From the human T2T-CHM13v2.0 reference genome, Homo sapiens, in NCBI RefSeq assembly GCF_009914755.1, contig NC_060929.1: a stretch of 64,000 nucleotides of DNA. One strand, 5' to 3'. Shown in pieces: positions 1 through 12,950 of this stretch; position 1 is the first letter of the stretch, and the number at the start of each line of letters is the position of its first letter. The translations under genes were made by a program, and so were the position numbers. The notes under the pieces were generated by a model. That model was not told the DNA's origin, searched no databases, and saw nothing but the letters and a program-made list of their open reading frames with translations.

Positions 1-375
1 GGCACATTCAGTTGAAACAAATCCAAATACAGCCATATGCTCCAAATGGATTTGTGATTAACTTTTAAAAATGCCACAGCTAGTTCCATTAAAGAGTTTA
101 TGATCAAATCCACTACCAAATGTTTATATTAAAGTTAGGACTAAACATCTCAATGTGACAGAATAATGCTGCTATTAGAGCTATCATTCCAGAAGTTTCA
201 ACCCATAGTCTGTCTTCAGGATAATTTTAACTCAAAGTAAAAACCTGAGCCATTTTATGCAGTTCACAAATGTAACTGTTTACCTATGGGAAATAGCATT
301 AGCTTGCTTACAATCATATAGCCCAGGCTATTGAAGTAAATCATCAATGATTTTTGTGTGTCGAATTTTGTTTAG

Positions 376-450
376 AAGCCCCGCATGGTAAGCAAGAATC
401 TCTTCAGGAAGGAAAAGGGAAGAAAGGTGAGACCGCACTCAAAAGAAAAG
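376..450 (+). CDS. SPEF2: SPEF2 internal coding exon (75 nt, phase 1-1): (E)APHGKQESLQEGKGKKGETALKRK(G)
   Basis: Acceptor ttttgtttag| at 375, donor AAG|gtacag at 451. Joins in frame to the exon at 15805 (G+GT=Gly). Peptide matches my recollection of human SPEF2. Confidence 0.88.
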
Positions 451-1017
451 GTACAGCAGATAAAAATATATATAATTACATGTAATTCTGCATTTTATAA
501 CTATCTCAGTGAAAATAGCTAGATTTGTATAGTAGTATACATTGACCACTTCTCTCAGGCATTTGTAAATCATAAGCCCTTGCCAAAGAATATAGTCGCA
601 AACTTTCTGCATCCTGGCGCTTACCAAAGGCCCTGCTGAGAAAAGTGATGCTTGCAGGGATAATTTAGACAATATCTAATATACAGAATATCCATTTATC
701 AGAGATATTTTAGCTGTTATCCTTGGACTAAGCTGTGCCATCCGAAAGCTACATACTGAATCAAGTTTTCTTGGACCCCTTATTGGATTTCCTTCACTGA
801 TAAGCACTTCGGTAAAAAATAAAATAAAAATCTTACATTACCTTAGAACATTTACAAAACTAAGAAAGGAGCCTTGGTACAATACTGTTAACTAAAGCAG
901 AACATTTAATTTTTGCCATCTATTTTTAGTGGAACTCTTGAAGTTTTTGAGACCTGTCTACATTTTTTTGTAATCCTTTAAGCCAGTAATTTATAAACAA
1001 TTAAAAATATGAACTGG

Positions 1018-1299
1018 AGCTGGGCGCAGTGGCTCATGCCTGTAATCCCATCAGTTTGGGAGGCTGAGGTGGGCAGATCCTGAGGTCAGGCGATCAAGAC
1101 CATCCTGGCCAACATGGTGAAACCCCATCTCTACTAAAAAAATACAAAAATTAGCCAGGCATGGTGGCACACACCTGTAGTCCCAGCTACTCAGGAGGCT
1201 GAGGCAGGAGAATCCCTTGAATCCGGGAGACACGGAGGCTGCAGTGAGCCAAGACTGCGCCACTGCACTCCAGCCTGGGTGACAGACTCTGTCTCAAAA
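1018..1299 (+). mobile_element. Alu SINE (AluS, Sc-like)
   Basis: gctgggcgcagtggctcatgcctgtaatccca...gaccatcctggccaacatggtgaaacccc...cagcctgggtgacagactctgtctcaaaa. Confidence 0.95.
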
Positions 1300-2220
1300 T
1301 ATATATATATATTTTATATATATTTTATATATAGTATATATATTATATATAGTATTATATATTTTATATATAGTATATATGTTATATATAGTGTTATATA
1401 TTTTATATATAGTATATATATTATATATAGTATTATATATTTTATATATAGTATATATGTTATATATAGTATTATATATTTTATATATAGTATATATGTT
1501 ATATATAGTATTATATATTTTATATATAGTATATATGTTATATATAGTATTATATATTTTATATATAGTATATATGTTATATATAGTATTATATATTTTA
1601 TATACAGTATATATATTTTATATAGTATATATTTTATATACAGTATATATATTTTATATAGTATTATATATTTTATATACAGTATATATATTATATATAG
1701 TATTATATATTTTATATATAGTATATTTTATATATAGTATATATATTATATATAGTATATATTTTATATATAGTATATATATTATATATAGTATATATTT
1801 TATATATAGTATATATATTATATATATATTTTATATATAGTATATATATTATATAGTATATATTTTATATATAGTATATATATTATATAGTATATATTTT
1901 ATATATAGTATATATATTATATATAGTATATATTTTATATATAGTATATATATTATATATAGTATATATTTTATATATAGTATATATTTTATATATAGTA
2001 TATATTTTATATATAGTATATATATTATATATAGTATATATTTTATATATAGTATATATATTATGTATAGTATATATATTATATATAGTATATATTTTAT
2101 GTATAGTATATATATTATGTATAGTATATATTTTATATATAGTATATATATTATGTATAGTATTATATATTTTATATATAGTATATATATTATGTATAGT
2201 ATTATATATTTTATATATAT
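1300..2220. repeat. AT-rich minisatellite, ~39-nt period built from ~18-21-nt TATATAGTATATAT subunits, in place of the Alu tail
   Basis: TTTTATATATAGTATATAT(A/G)TTATATATAGTATTATATA recurs (e.g. 1401 to 1440). The ORF track shows a 13-aa repeat YFIYSIYVIYSII. Confidence 0.97.
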
Positions 2221-2803
2221 GTGAATTTGAATTAACAAATGTTTACAGCTTGATGTAAGTTCTTGGTGTAACTACATACTGGCAACGGATTTTAATGGTT
2301 TTACTTTGTTCTAAATTGTATCTCATGCAAGGGATTTTAATTCTTATGACTTGTTTGAGTTTCTTCAGAGAATTTTTCAACCATCAAAGAGTAAAGAGAA
2401 CCTTGCAAATATTTTAGAGAACTTTGAGTTACTTTCCCCACCCCCAACCCCACTCCCTGCTTTTTTAAAGAGTCATAAGTTCCCTGGAAAATTTATGTCA
2501 TGCATACACCCTCAATAAGTGAACTTTTAAAAGCCTATTTATGAGGGGTGGTGTCCCTTTTACGGTATTTGGATATGTACTCTGTAACTATTTTTTAACA
2601 GTCAGGTACTTTTAAGTTATCTATTTGAGCATTAACAGGTTATTTTTATTGATTTTTTTTATTGAAAATTCTTTTGACCTGACATTCGTATTTGGTATTT
2701 ACTTTGTATTTTTTTTCTTAATATTACAATTACATGGCCTCAGTTCTGAAATGCAAGCTATTAAGTCCAGCTTGTTTTTAGGTTAGGTTGGTTTGTCTTT
2801 TGG

Positions 2804-2811
2804 GTTTATTT

Positions 2812-2850
<39 letters not shown>

Positions 2851-2852
2851 TT
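2804..2852. repeat. (TTTA)n microsatellite
   Basis: About 11 TTTA units read directly. Confidence 0.95.
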
Positions 2853-2860
2853 GTCCCTGA

Positions 2861-3377
<517 letters not shown>

Positions 3378-3946
3378 TAAAGAATTTTGTTAAGAACAGT
3401 TTTTCTGAAGACTTATGTTTTCACTCAAAACTCACTAATGACTTTCCTTATTTTTCTAATTTAGTAGGCCAACTTTAATGTCCATTGAAATGAAATAAAA
3501 CTTCCAGTTTTAAAAAAAAAAGTCCTCCACAACTTAACATAGCAGTGGAGGTGAAACTTTTATTATACCAATAATAACCTGGTATTATATTTTCTGAAGG
3601 AATATTATGCCCACTACATCATTCCGTGGCCCCTATATGAAATCCTAGGTGATAAATTTCGTTCAGAATCAAGGGACAGGAAAATGTCTCTTCCTCTGGG
3701 TGATTAGATAATGGGCGCCTCAAAATGAGAGCATTTTCCTTTGTGTTTTGGCTGACTAGAAGTTCAGAAAAAAACTCGTGGCTCAGGTTTAGTATCTGTG
3801 CAAGGACCTAGATCTCCATGTCTGCCTTCTAATTCCTCTCCTGATTTTGAACTTCTACTTTAAGTTATATTTTTCCTGACCCTAGTTTCATTTATGTTCT
3901 TTTTTCTATTTTACTTTATTTCTGTGAAATAGGGGGATATAATTTC

Positions 3947-3984
3947 TTTTTTTTTTTTTTTTTGAGACAGAGTCTTGCTCTGTT
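3947..3984 (-). mobile_element. Extremely 5'-truncated Alu (~21 nt of 3' end plus A17 tail) with TSD
   Basis: T17 followed by GAGACAGAGTCTTGCTCTGTT, flanked by GGGGGATATAATTTCT (3932-3947) and GGGGGTATAATTTCT (3985-3999). Confidence 0.85.
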
Positions 3985-6900
3985 GGGGGTATAATTTCTA
4001 AAGTAATTGATAGCTGGTGAAAGAAAATCCCAGGCTCTAAAAAGCGTATCAGTTAGATTCATATTGAAGGTGCTGTAGCAATAAATTAACTAAAGATTGA
4101 AATGCAGTATGCATGCATGCAATTTACTTCTTCCAGGTTCATTCAAGGGGCATTGTCATGAAGTATGTGTCTTTTTTAAACTGTTCATCACAAATTGCCA
4201 GTGCTGTTGCAGTCCAAGAGTGTGTACTGTTCAAAACATAACATGCTAAAATCGATGTTTGGACATTCTCAAATGTCCAAACATTTTTGAGAATCATAAC
4301 CATGATTCTCAAAGAGAATCTCACCCTTCTCTAATTATATGATATGTTGGGTTTGTATAACTAGAGCTAATTGGTGAGTTAACACTGAGATAAAAGTTTT
4401 AGTTAAAATTTTAAGGGCTATAATTTATGCTCAGCTCTCACTTGTTTACTAATAGAATAATTTTCATATTTTACATTACTCATCCCTTTTTTCTCATCAG
4501 GATCAAAAAAGCAAATGAAGCATCATTATAGAACCATCGAAAATAGAAATTAAAAAGACATGTATATTAGGTACCAAAGCATCAAATTAGACATAATTAA
4601 CACATGCTCTAAGAGCATCCTTAATAAAAGCATACGGACTCCAAACAATTCATAAGCAAACACAAGTTCAACAGCAAAATATATACATTGGAGCCATGTA
4701 GTTAGCTCAAATTAACTACAAAGACTTCCAAATATTTTTTGCTTTTATTTTACTATTATATTGCATTAAATAATATTTGAAATATGTGAACTCTCAAGAT
4801 TTAGACATCTTTATGTTACATATAAATCATGTGGTTTTGGACTTCCTTCATGTGAAAGAAATGATTTTATTTCTTAATATTTCAAATTAACTCCATTGCA
4901 GGTGAACACCATTAATTGTTCATCTGTTTATTTGATACCAATTATATTTAAAGAGCCTCTTAGTTGAGGAACCATCTATTTTTTCCTTTCTTCAAACTTA
5001 TTAATTCCTGCTGTCGATGTCTTTGATTCATTTATATTCTTCTCTGCATATTAGATCAATCTCTACCCTTCTCCCTCCCAAGTCTTGACACTGAGATGCC
5101 ATTAACAATGGTACTTAGAGTGTTCTTAAAAAAGATTTCACCTCCTCTTGAACCCATTTGCCACTGTCCCATTATGTTTCTTCATTAAACAATGGCTTTT
5201 CAAACATATAGCCTTACCCAGGAGAGATGTTAATTAGGAGCCAAATTTAGAAAGTTTTCAATAATCAACTAAATTCAGAAAATGCCAAGTTACATCAAGT
5301 TAAAATGTTTTTAATTACAGGATTTTTTTTTTCTATAACAATGTGCATTTCAAAGGGAGCAGGAGACACCATATGTAAGATCCCAGGGCATTTTGGCTGC
5401 AGAATTCTTCTCCCTTGGAGGAATATCTGTTGGGACCAGAGTTCTCTGGAACAAACACTTGGAAATCATGCCATCTTTAGTTCCGATGCTTTGCCACATG
5501 TATTAGTGTTAGTATTGTTCCAGTGCTTGCCTTCTGATTTGTCTTACAGGGTCAATTATTGTAGGTGCTACCAAGCCACTTAAAATAATAAATTTAGTAT
5601 CAATGTTATAAGCATTAATGTCACAGGACTTTTCCTTAGTTCAGCTAAAGACGGGGTTCTTGTCCATCCCATGGCCATGAAAATTTAGGCTCACAGACGG
5701 CTTAAAGGGTGAGTAAAACAGGGTTTTATTGGGTGAAAAGGGAAAAAAAGAGGAAAACGGACTCTCGCAAGGCCAGAGTCCCTCTACTAGAGCCCTTCCT
5801 GCCTGGCAGTTTGAATCCCAGTTTCCACACAGGAAAAGGAGGGGCTAGGCTCCTCCCCACCGCAAATGATGTGAACTTCCCAAGGCTCCACCTTAGTGGG
5901 CAGGCTGGTTGGAGTTTCTCCAGGGACCCCCTGCCACCTGGTTGTCTCATTACCCTCTCTAAAGAAGTACATCTATCTAACTGTTGTTAGATTAAGGATA
6001 AGGACGAAGACCGATCTTAACGCTTCCTGCTGACAGGGGGCGCTGTTTTGGGGAAATGGCAGTCAGAGCTCCCTCAGAGGCCTATTTAAGGGTTCCCAGT
6101 AGAAGGGGCCATTGTCAGAGGCTCCAGTTTCATGGCTGTTTATAGTTTGATGGCCTGAAGGCAAGAGCAGACAAATGGAGTTATTAGAAAACATGTATTA
6201 AAACAAAACAAGGGGAGGGATAAGGACAGCTCAAGAATTCTGAGGCCTTTTACCAGTTTGCACAGGGAGAGGTAGGCCAAAACCCCAACTGGTTAAAAAA
6301 ACTCTACTCTTTTGCTGGCATGTCAGGCTTCTGGGTTCCCTTCCCCTGAGCCCAATCCTAAGCCAACCAGTTTAAGGCTTGGGAAATAAACTCTTTCAAG
6401 TTTGGAGGATGCATCTGAGGGGAGTGTCCCATAGTACGGAGATGCAATTACCTATCTGTGAAGAGAGGACAGAGGAGGAGAAAGAAAAAAGTAGCACCTT
6501 TTAAAGGAGTCCCAGGGGGTCAGGATGCATTTGAAAGGGATACAGAGTGAAGATGAATGACCACCCATCTAGAAAGAGGGGAGCAGGCATCCCTGGTTCC
6601 CGTTTCTTCCTAGCAAATAACCAGGGTACATGAAGGAGAGGGAAGTGTGTCTACTTTCCCTCTTCCATACTTGCATCTGAGCGATTTTGGCAGGTCCCAC
6701 CATGAGTGCCAAAGCACCTTGCACCCATGAAGCAGGGAGGGCCTAGAGAATAGGAATTATCTCCTCTTACCCATGTATGCCTTATCTCCCCTGCTGTCAG
6801 TAGCCTTGGAGTTTCCTAGATATCATTTATGTCATGGACACTAACGTGACCTTTATCCATGAAACAGGAAGCTTGGGGTTGGCTTAATCGGCAGGAATCA

Positions 6901-7629
6901 GCCACTCTCAGTTTTGCTGTGCCTTTTAACCTCTGTTGTCATTTGCCCCTGAATCCCCTAGATCCAATTTTCCTGCCTAGGGCTTTGACCCAAAGCTTGG
7001 AATTGAGTTTGGGACAAAAATGTGTCTCAGGGAGTTACATGGACTCCTTATCATAAGCTGAATTTTAAGGTGAGAGGAGAGGAAAGAATGTCTTGTGACA
7101 CACCCAGATAACTGGTAGCTATAGTTATGCTTACTAAGATTTGGGTGCATGATGCTTGGCTTTGGTTAGCTGCCTTGGTCTTACTTTCCCAAAAAGGAAA
7201 CCTCCGAGTCATGGGCATCCTATTTATTCCCATCACCTCAGAGGATTTGCAGGATAATTGCTTAGAACTAGAATATCGATCCAGATTTTTACATTACTCA
7301 TCCCTTTTGTTCTTTTTGACCTGGAGCCAGAAATTGCTGGTTGGTTCACAGAAGCAAGCAGGGTTAGTCTAAAATATAGGGGAAAACTTAAAAACAACTA
7401 ATGACTTGAGAATTTAACGACAAATGTGTAAGTTTTGAAACATGATTTCTCTCTCTCCCATCTTCATTTTTGTTAAAAAATCATCACAGGACTGAATGGT
7501 TTGCAAAATAGATTTTAGTCTTATACTTGGCCTGATTATTTGCATAAAGTGCAGCAAGAATAATTATTTCTGTGTAGGCCTTTTGGATTGGTTTTGATGG
7601 AAGTCTGTTCCACAAGGAATCTCAGATAA

Positions 7630-8055
<426 letters not shown>

Positions 8056-10585
8056 TGACATTCTTTACTGACCACAGGTCAGGAACCCTGTACAAGGACT
8101 GCGTAGACGAAGGTATGAGCCTTTTATTGGCTCTGCAAGTAGAGATTTACTCCTTAAAGGGAAGCATACCCTTCCAGTCAAAGCCTAGGTAAAATAACCA
8201 CTTTCTCCAATTGTGTCCTGTTGCAAAAGAAAAATGGATTTTTATTGCACTAATGCAAACAACTATATTTCCATAAGAATACTCATAGATAGGTTCTAAA
8301 TTCTGGAGGAACCAGGCAGAGAGAAACAAACATGCTCCAAATTTTGATCATAGGAGTATACCTTGCTTACTCCTTAATTATTAAAGGCCATAAATAGTCA
8401 AAATAAGTTTCCTTGACTCTGAAAAACAAAATAAGGATCAGCAATATTCCAAGCAAAGTCAAAAAGTTTGCTTCAGCTTTCTGAGTTCAGTCCATTTAGT
8501 TCTTGCTTCACTTGATATTTATGAACATTTCAGCTATTCATGAGTCCTGTATGTTTTTTTATTCCAGTGTCACAATCTCCAAAGTTATCAGAAACCTGTG
8601 TTTGAGAGCATCTGTTAAAATTCTATAGCTCATTATAAACTATCTTTGAAAAGGATTAAAACAAGACAACAATTGTCTGTGGATAGCAAAATGTCCAGGG
8701 TAGTTACAGTTAGAAACATGATTGACAAAGAAGTTTGGTTTTCTCCACGGTTTTCAATAACTTAACATAACAACCTTAATTATGATTGATAGCATATACT
8801 TAGACATTAGAATTTTAGAAATTTTATACAGTTTTGGAACATATATTAGCATTATTCATCAAGATATAACCTAAAGAAGATTGAGCATCATTTTGGCAAT
8901 CCCACGTACCTAAACCTGTCAAACAATCCTGTTTACCTCTCTTTTCTGGACACTTCAGGGGCCCTCTGAAGTATTCAAAAAGCCAGGTGCCAGTGAAGAT
9001 AATTTTGATACTGAAGTTTGATTTTGGGAAGCCTTTTAAATATGTTTAAAGCACTTGATATTATTGAATAGAATTCCAGATTACCATAAACTATTTATTT
9101 TGCCAAAATGATGACTCAGAAATTTTAAAGAAGCAAAAACCTTTTATATCCCTTTACAAATTTTGCCAAAGAGCAGATTAGTGCCTTAGGAAAACCTTGT
9201 TATGCTTTTATTTCAGTGTTCAATTTACAGGAAAACCATATAATACCCTTTTTGGAATTTAGTTAATATGTTCACACAGAGAACCTTTTCTGCAAGATTA
9301 ATTTCCACAATTATTCTACCACTTCTTTGAACCTTCAGCTTTTTCCTAATTTCACTCAATACAATCCTATAACCCTAGGCAAAGGTTTACATTTCCATGC
9401 CTTCTTATAACTGTTTACTAAAACACACATTTTACTGTTCTTACACATCTTGCATGTAAATCTATTTCTAGTAGTTTCAGTTAACTCCTATCAATTTTAA
9501 CTTTAAGGTAAAGCTTGGTGAGTTGCTTTAATTGTGGGCTAAGTGTAGCCAAGGTTTGCCTTCTTAATTAAGGGTGTGGTTAGTTCCATATGTGCCCAGA
9601 CCTTACCAATTGTGAAGCCGCATGTCAAATAGTTCTCAAAACCCAAAAAGCAGTCTGTAACCTTAAAACACTTAGCAAACCTTGCATCTGACCTGGATTT
9701 TACCAATAGTCTTTAGGGCTGTTTTTACTTCTTAAAGATTAAAGTCACGTGAAGTGAAAGGTACCACAGCTTTTAACTTGCCTTAAAAAAAGTATTTGAT
9801 CCAAGTGCTTGTCTTTCTTTAGGCCGAATTAGTTAGAGATCTTTTCACAGACATCACACACAGTACATACATAGACAGGCAGAAGAAAATCCAGTTGCTG
9901 GGTGGGGTCCTTTAAGAGACAGAGTTAGGAAAACATGCAGACATTGAACCAGAGAGGGCTCATCCCCTAACACAGTATTGCTAAACAAAGCCTTGCCAAG
10001 TGGTTATGCCCCTAGGATGTAAAGCAAGATGGAGGCTTGCAGCACAAACCATACGGACATGAAAAGCACACAAGATTGGCCACAGCCCAAGACTAGCCCC
10101 ACAAATCCTTTTTCAGAATTAAAGCTTTACAGAAAATATGAACAGTATTAGTTGAGGGCCTGGCCTAGTAAAGGGGGGTAAAAACTTTAAAGGTTAACTG
10201 CTGACAGGGTGGAGAAGAGGAAAGAAAAAAAAAAACAGTTTAAAAATGTCTGGGAAAGAACCTCTTACTCTTATGCAAGTTGTTCCTCCACCAGGGAGAT
10301 GTGTTCAATTACTGTCCAATGGAGTAAAACCCTTTGGCTGGGGAAGGGGAAGGCTGTGGTGGCTTGTGGCTGGGAACCAGCCATCCAGCTGGTCAGGACC
10401 CTGGGACCATGCGTCCCAGCCCTGGCATGGGGCAGGGAGCATCGGGGAGCTGATGCTCACCCATCTATCCAGTAGAAAAAACGAAAAGGCCATGAAAAGA
10501 CATGGGATTCATGGGGGTTGGGGACTTGGTTTCCCCCACCCTCAGAAGTCCAAGGATGAAAAGTCTTAGAAGCAACAGTGAGAGG

Positions 10586-10979
10586 TTTTTTTTTGTTTTT
10601 TTTTTCAAGGTTTTTTTTCTTTTATTATTATACTTTAAGTTTTAGGGTACATGTGCACATTATGCAGGTTAGTTACATATGTATACATGTGCCATGCTGG
10701 TGCGCTGCACCCACTAAACTCGTCGTCTAGCATTAGGTATATCTCCCAATGCTATCCCTCCCCCCTCCCCCCACCCCACAACAGTCCCCAGAGTGTGACG
10801 TTCCCCTTCCTGTGTCCACGTGATCTCATTGTTCAATTCCCACCTATGAGTGAGAATATGCGGTGTTTGGTTTTTTGTTCTTGCGATAGTTTACTGAGAA
10901 TGATGATTTCCAATTTCATCCATGTCCCTACAAAGGACATGAACTCATCATTTTTTATGGCTGCATAGTATTCCATGGT
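10586..10979 (-). mobile_element. 5'-truncated young L1 3' end (L1PA2/L1PA3-like) inserted in the MER61 leader
   Basis: ttattatactttaagttttagggtacatgtgcaca...cacccactaaactcgtc...gcatagtattccatgg with poly(T). Short TSD GGTTTT (10584-10589 / 10977-10982). Confidence 0.93.
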
Positions 10980-11011
10980 TTTGAGTCCCCATTTCACTCA
11001 CTGCTTCTCAA

Positions 11012-11029
11012 GTCCCATGTTGGGTGCCA
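11012..11029 (-). other. tRNA-Lys primer-binding site of the MER61 element
   Basis: Minus strand TGGCACCCAACATGGGAC vs tRNA-Lys PBS TGGCGCCCAACGTGGGGC (15/18, all G>A), 4 nt from the LTR end. Confidence 0.8.
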
Positions 11030-11413
11030 AAAATGTTGCAAGACTTTTCCTTAGTTCAGCTAAAATGGGGTTCTTGTCTGCCCACAGCCATCAAAATTTA
11101 GGCTCACAGATGGTTTAAAGGGTGAGTAAAGCAGGGTTTTATTGGGTTAAAACGGAAAAAAGAGGGAAACAGGAACTCTTGCAAGGCCAGGCAGTTTGAA
11201 TCCCAGGTTCCACACAGGAAAAAGAGGGGCCAGGCTCCTCCCCACACAAATGGCATGAACTTCCCAAGGCTTCACCCCAGTGAGCAGGCTGGTCCAGGGA
11301 CCCCCTCCCACCTGGCTGTCTCATTAATGCCATTTAATTTGAAGGATCTGGAAGAACAGAGGAAAAAAGACAAAAGTGAAAGGAAATTGAAATAACTAGA
11401 TCATCTATGAGAG

Positions 11414-11607
11414 CAGAGGCTCTTCAAGTATGGTTTTGGGACCAGCAGCATCTGCATCTGCATCACCTGGAAACTTGTTAGAAATATAGATACTCAGCCC
11501 CACCCGAGACCTACTAAATCTGAAATTCCAGGAGTGGGGACCAGCAGTTTTGTGTTTTAACGAGCCCACTAGAGGATCCTGATGATCACTAACATTTGAG
11601 AACTACT
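11414..11607. mobile_element. MER5A-like hAT-Charlie MITE
   Basis: accagcagcatc...catcacctggaaacttgttagaaat...tcagccccacccgagacctact...tttgagaactact. Confidence 0.8.
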
Positions 11608-12139
11608 TTACTGGAGCCCAAGGCTGACTGCTCTATTGTAGCCACTGGAAAATCAGAAACATTCAATGATTTCTGGTGTATTATTTATAATATACCTCTT
11701 CCTCCAAATATTTAAGTTAAATTACAATAAAAAACATGTTTATAATAATGCTGTTGAAATAGAAATAAAAATCCAAAGCCCTGAAATGAGGAAATTAGCA
11801 CATTCAGCTCAAAGACACAATGCTTATTGTGATGACTCCTTAATCAGAACAACCTGACAAGGTGATGGAGGAAGTATGATGGGTTTAAATTTTAACAGGA
11901 TTAATTTCTAAAATAGATTTTTATCACCTGAGACCTTTAACAGAGGACAGTATGTGGCACAATATGCAAGGTCGTCATAGATTTATAGCAAATGCAAAAT
12001 ACATTGGGTTTCATTGGAAGGTTGATGCCACACATACAAAAGCTGGCAATTAATTTATGATTGATCACGGTTCTGGTAGCGAAATTCAACCATAGTCTTC
12101 TTTTATAATACAATTTATAAGCATAATAACAAACTACCT

Positions 12140-12290
12140 CTTATAAAGTACCTTTTATGTACCAGGCACTACACAAGATGATTTACATATATAATCTCAT
12201 TAAGTTCTCACAATCATCTATGAAGTAGAAATTATCATTTTACCATGTCAAAGATGAGGAAATTGAGAGTCAAAATGAATAAAGAAGTGT
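12140..12290 (-). mobile_element. MIR SINE fragment
   Basis: atgtaccaggcact...ctcacaatcatctatgaagtag...agatgaggaaattgagagtca (MIR core). Confidence 0.7.
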
Positions 12291-12699
12291 TTTGTTAAGA
12301 ACTGTTAACCTATGAGAAGAAAACAAAAAGCCTCTTCACTCTTTGGAGAATATTATCTACCCTCCCACATTAATTTGCACACTAAATTGCTCATAACTTC
12401 CCTGACTTTTGCCTCAATAATGTTACAATTGTTTAAATAAATTAAATAAATAATATTTCTGCTCTTAAGTACGAGTCTCTTAATGAATCTGTTTATCAGA
12501 CTGAAGTTTAAAAAATTTTACCAGAAATTTTCCAAAAAGAAAATTGGTATGCAATATAAATAAAAATAATCTTAAAATCAATGAGCCAAGTAAATAGTAG
12601 TATAAGAACTTCTCTGAGTTTGCAAACTTCTAAGTATGAATCAAAAGAACATTTATCAATATGAACTACATCAATAGACACTAAAAGGCAATGAAGTAT

Positions 12700-12950
12700 G
12701 ACAATCAAAAGCATGGAGTCTACAGCCAGCCCGCCTAGACTGAAATTCTAGCTCTGCCATTTACCATATATGGGTTACCTCTGGCAAGTTACTGTACCTT
12801 AATATGCCTCAATTTCCTCATCTGTGAAATGGAGTAATAGGAGTATCTACTCATGTGGCTATTATAAAGAATAAGTACATGTGCAAAAAAGTAAATAGTA
12901 CAGGGTCTGGCTCAGAATAAACTGTAAATAAATATGGAGTATTATTATTG
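12700..12950 (+). mobile_element. MIR SINE
   Basis: ctagctctgccattta...ggcaagttact...gcctcaatttcctcatctgtgaaatgg. Confidence 0.8.

Noticed and set aside
1279-2238. 130-150-aa Ile/Tyr-rich ORFs on both strands
   Set aside because: Translation artefacts of the AT minisatellite.
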